From a bacterium (GTDB lineage: Bacteria; UBP7; UBA6624; JBBIMK01): a stretch of DNA of 16,822 bases. The DNA lies in assembly GCA_037444445.1 (NCBI GenBank), contig JBBIMK010000034.1, positions 1 through 16,822 on the forward strand. The letters run 5' to 3'. Position 1 is the first letter of the stretch, and every line of letters begins with the position of its first letter. Below are positions 14,716 through 16,822 of the stretch, in pieces. A program made the position numbers and the translations under genes. The notes below the pieces were generated by a model, which did not search any database, was not told the origin of the DNA, and saw nothing but the letters and a program-made list of their open reading frames with translations.

Positions 14716-14738
14716 GGCTAAAATCAACGATTTCAGCC
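14716..14738 (+). other. AT-rich inverted repeat between the subtilase and terminase genes (weak terminator or operator)
   Basis: GGCTAAAATC-aac-GATTTCAGCC, with 9 of 10 positions paired, followed by ATATTCTCTTAT. The stem is weak and the loop tight, so function is uncertain. Confidence 0.25.
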
Positions 14739-14756
14739 ATATTCTCTTATGCTGGG

Positions 14757-16247
14757 ATGAGGGGAAAAAGGGAAGCGATGCAGAAAGCGAAGGTATGGAG
14801 GCAGGACATCCTTTGCTTTATTCGGGAGATGTTCGGGGAGGAGGCAGACCCTCTGCAGGCGGAGGTGCTTCGCTCCATTCAAAATGAGGAGCGGGTAGCG
14901 GTGCGGTCAGGGCACGGGACCGGGAAAACCTGGCTCGCCTCCCGGGCTGGTCTCTGGTTCTTCACCACCCATCCCGAATCTAAGGTTCTCATCACCGCCC
15001 CCACCTGGCGTCAGGTGGAAAAGGTCTTCTGGGCGGAAATCCACGCCCGAGTCCATCAGACGATGTTAGCCACTTTAGCCGAATTTCAGAAAGCCCAGGC
15101 ATTTATGAAAATCCCACGGAAAAACGATGGCAAGAAGCGAACGCCAGCAGAGCACTGGTTTATGACCGGCATTTCCTCCGATGCCCCTGAAAACTTCCAG
15201 GGCTTTCACGGCCGGTATGTGATGTTCATCGTGGATGAAGCCAGCGGGGTGATGGATGAAATCTTTGATGCCATTGAGGCTTGCCGGGCCACAGGGGAAT
15301 CCAAGATTCTGGTGATAGGCAACCCCACGCGTCCTACGGGGCGGTTCTACGAAATTTTCCACCCCCGCACCCCTCATTCTCCCTGGGTTCTTCACCACCT
15401 TTCCTGCCTGAAAAGCCCCCGGGTGAACCCGAAATGGGTGGAAGAGAAGAAACGGGAATGGGGTGAGGATTCTAACCTGTATCGCGTCCGCGTCCTCGGC
15501 GAATTCCCCCATCAGGCAGATGACGCTCTTTTCTCCCTACATCTTTTAGAGAAAAGCCGACGGGAAGAAGAGGATGCACCTGCCGGCTTCGCCCTGAAAA
15601 ATATCGCATATTCCATCGGGGTGGATGTGGCGCGATTCGGGGAAGATAAAACCGTTCTCACCGTGGTGGAAGCCCTGCGAATACCCGGAGAATCATCCAC
15701 ACGCTATCGGGTGAGGGAAATCTATGCGTATGAGAAACTACCGGTGAGTGGCACAGTAAATATGGTTTTAGACCTCATTGAGCGAATGGTGAAGTCGGCA
15801 GAGTCCATCACCATCCTCGTGGATGACACCGGGCTGGGCGGTGGCGTCACGGACCTCTTGCACCGGGAACTGGAGGTGCGAGCTACCGGCGCCTGCGATA
15901 TTCGCGTGATGCCCGTGGTTTTCGGCTCCGCCCCCATCCCCCAGAACTCTTTCGCCCAGGCTTCTCTTTTCTTCTCCAACCTGAAAGCCCAACTGGTGTG
16001 GAATGTCAAAACACTGTTTGAATCCGGGAATGTGGAAATTTCGGGGGACATTCTGCCGGACTGGATTGACCTTCTATTCGCCCAGTTGCTGGATATTCGC
16101 TACGAATTCACTGCAGGGGGACGTTTGCAGGTCATTGACCCACCGGGCAAAAGCCCAGATTTCGCCCATTCCCTGGCTCTCGCCCTCGCTTCCGCCCTCC
16201 TCCAGCCACTGCATCCCCACCTCGGAGTCGTGAAACTCAACCCCTGA
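14757..16247 (+). CDS. Phage-type terminase large subunit (TerL-like ATPase + RNase H-fold nuclease)
   Basis: Walker A VRSGHGTGKTW and Walker B VMFIVDEASG in the N-terminal half. Nuclease-domain acidic motifs IGVDVARFGEDKTVLTVV, ILVDDTGLGGGVTD and SPDFAHSLALAL in the C-terminal half. The start is either ATG 14757 or ATG 14778 (purine-rich AGGGGAAAAAGGGAAG upstream). Confidence 0.85.
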   Translation: MRGKREAMQKAKVWRQDILCFIREMFGEEADPLQAEVLRSIQNEERVAVRSGHGTGKTWLASRAGLWFFTTHPESKVLITAPTWRQVEKVFWAEIHARVHQTMLATLAEFQKAQAFMKIPRKNDGKKRTPAEHWFMTGISSDAPENFQGFHGRYVMFIVDEASGVMDEIFDAIEACRATGESKILVIGNPTRPTGRFYEIFHPRTPHSPWVLHHLSCLKSPRVNPKWVEEKKREWGEDSNLYRVRVLGEFPHQADDALFSLHLLEKSRREEEDAPAGFALKNIAYSIGVDVARFGEDKTVLTVVEALRIPGESSTRYRVREIYAYEKLPVSGTVNMVLDLIERMVKSAESITILVDDTGLGGGVTDLLHRELEVRATGACDIRVMPVVFGSAPIPQNSFAQASLFFSNLKAQLVWNVKTLFESGNVEISGDILPDWIDLLFAQLLDIRYEFTAGGRLQVIDPPGKSPDFAHSLALALASALLQPLHPHLGVVKLNP

Positions 16248-16311
16248 GGTTGTGAGCCTGTGATGTCAGTTAAAAACAAAATTCGGAAACGAACACGGGA
16301 GGTAAATCACT

Positions 16312-16557
16312 ATGATAGAATTCTGGACTAAAGTCCTGGAGCAAATGCCAGCCCTCGCCGTCATTGCCGTTCTGTTTATCCTTCTGTTTAGAGGCTTCCT
16401 CTCCCTGCTCAAAAGCCATACTGAATCCCTGAACCACACTATGTCCGCCGGCTTTCAAGAACTGAAAGACGAATTGAAAGAATCCAGAGAGGATTTTCGG
16501 GTTTTTATGAACCGTCTCTTCGCCCTATTGGACAAACTCACCAACAGCGATGCCTGA
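16312..16557 (+). CDS. Small membrane protein with one N-terminal TM helix and a coiled-coil-like tail (hypothetical)
   Basis: 81 aa with GGGAGGT 8 nt upstream of the ATG. TM helix MPALAVIAVLFILLFRGFLSLL followed by a charged helical tail. I recognised no family. Confidence 0.6.
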   Translation: MIEFWTKVLEQMPALAVIAVLFILLFRGFLSLLKSHTESLNHTMSAGFQELKDELKESREDFRVFMNRLFALLDKLTNSDA

Positions 16558-16719
16558 AGTTATCCTCCTATGATTCTGTGAGATTTCCCGATGTCTTCTA
16601 TCAGACCACCCCGTCAAAGCGTCCGTCACCCTCGTCCTCCGATAATATGGACAGGGGTCGCTTGATTGAAGGGAGAAAGCGTGAGGTGGGAATTGTCTAT
16701 CTTCTGATAGGAGTATCAC

Positions 16720-16822
16720 TCAAACGGGCTCTGCCTGGTGCCGGTGGAATCTTCTGTGATGCCGAAAGCATCGTAGAGTTCATACGCCTGAAAAGTGCCC
16801 GCATCATCCCAGGAAGTGAGGG
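16720..16822 (-). CDS. C-terminal end of an unidentified minus-strand CDS that begins right of the window (partial)
   Basis: The reverse frame is open from the window edge to TGA (16722-16720): ..LTSWDDAGTFQAYELYDAFGITEDSTGTRQSPFE*. The composition is protein-like but the fragment is too short to classify. Confidence 0.3.

Noticed and set aside
1-16822. CRISPR arrays, transposases, integrases, IS inverted repeats
   Set aside because: I noticed no regularly spaced short direct repeats and no ORF with DDE, tyrosine-recombinase or serine-recombinase motifs. The only tandem repeats are the coding repeats inside the subtilase gene.

Overview
Bacterial chromosomal window with about 15 credible protein genes, one 5S rRNA gene and several structured non-coding stretches.

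Gene order, left to right:
- TSUP/TauE-type permease (-).
- Zinc-ribbon/DUF2007 protein (-).
- A translationally coupled two-gene NTase-fold cassette (-), bracketed by imperfect direct repeats.
- A Mn-type superoxide dismutase with an in-frame twin-arginine-like leader (+).
- An ECF sigma / zf-HC2 anti-sigma / VIT-VWA operon (-).
- A frameshifted, internally shortened ABC/AAA_21-type ATPase with a DUF3696-like tail, followed by a stop-start coupled PIN-like gene (+).
- A stand-alone 5S rRNA gene with its own promoter (-).
- An A-type Fe-S carrier (HesB/IscA/ErpA family) plus a small Csx3-like ORF (+).
- A 0.5 kb structured intergenic region with a palindromic divergent promoter and a minus-strand terminator, giving a candidate ~385-nt RNA.
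- A ~1530-aa secreted S8 subtilase with six tandem Cys-pair Ig-like repeats and an odd double-hydrophobic C-terminal tail (+).
- An isolated phage-type large terminase gene plus a small membrane protein (+).

I saw no CRISPR array, tRNA, transposase or integrase. All family assignments come from motif recognition by eye. No database search, folding or statistics program was run.
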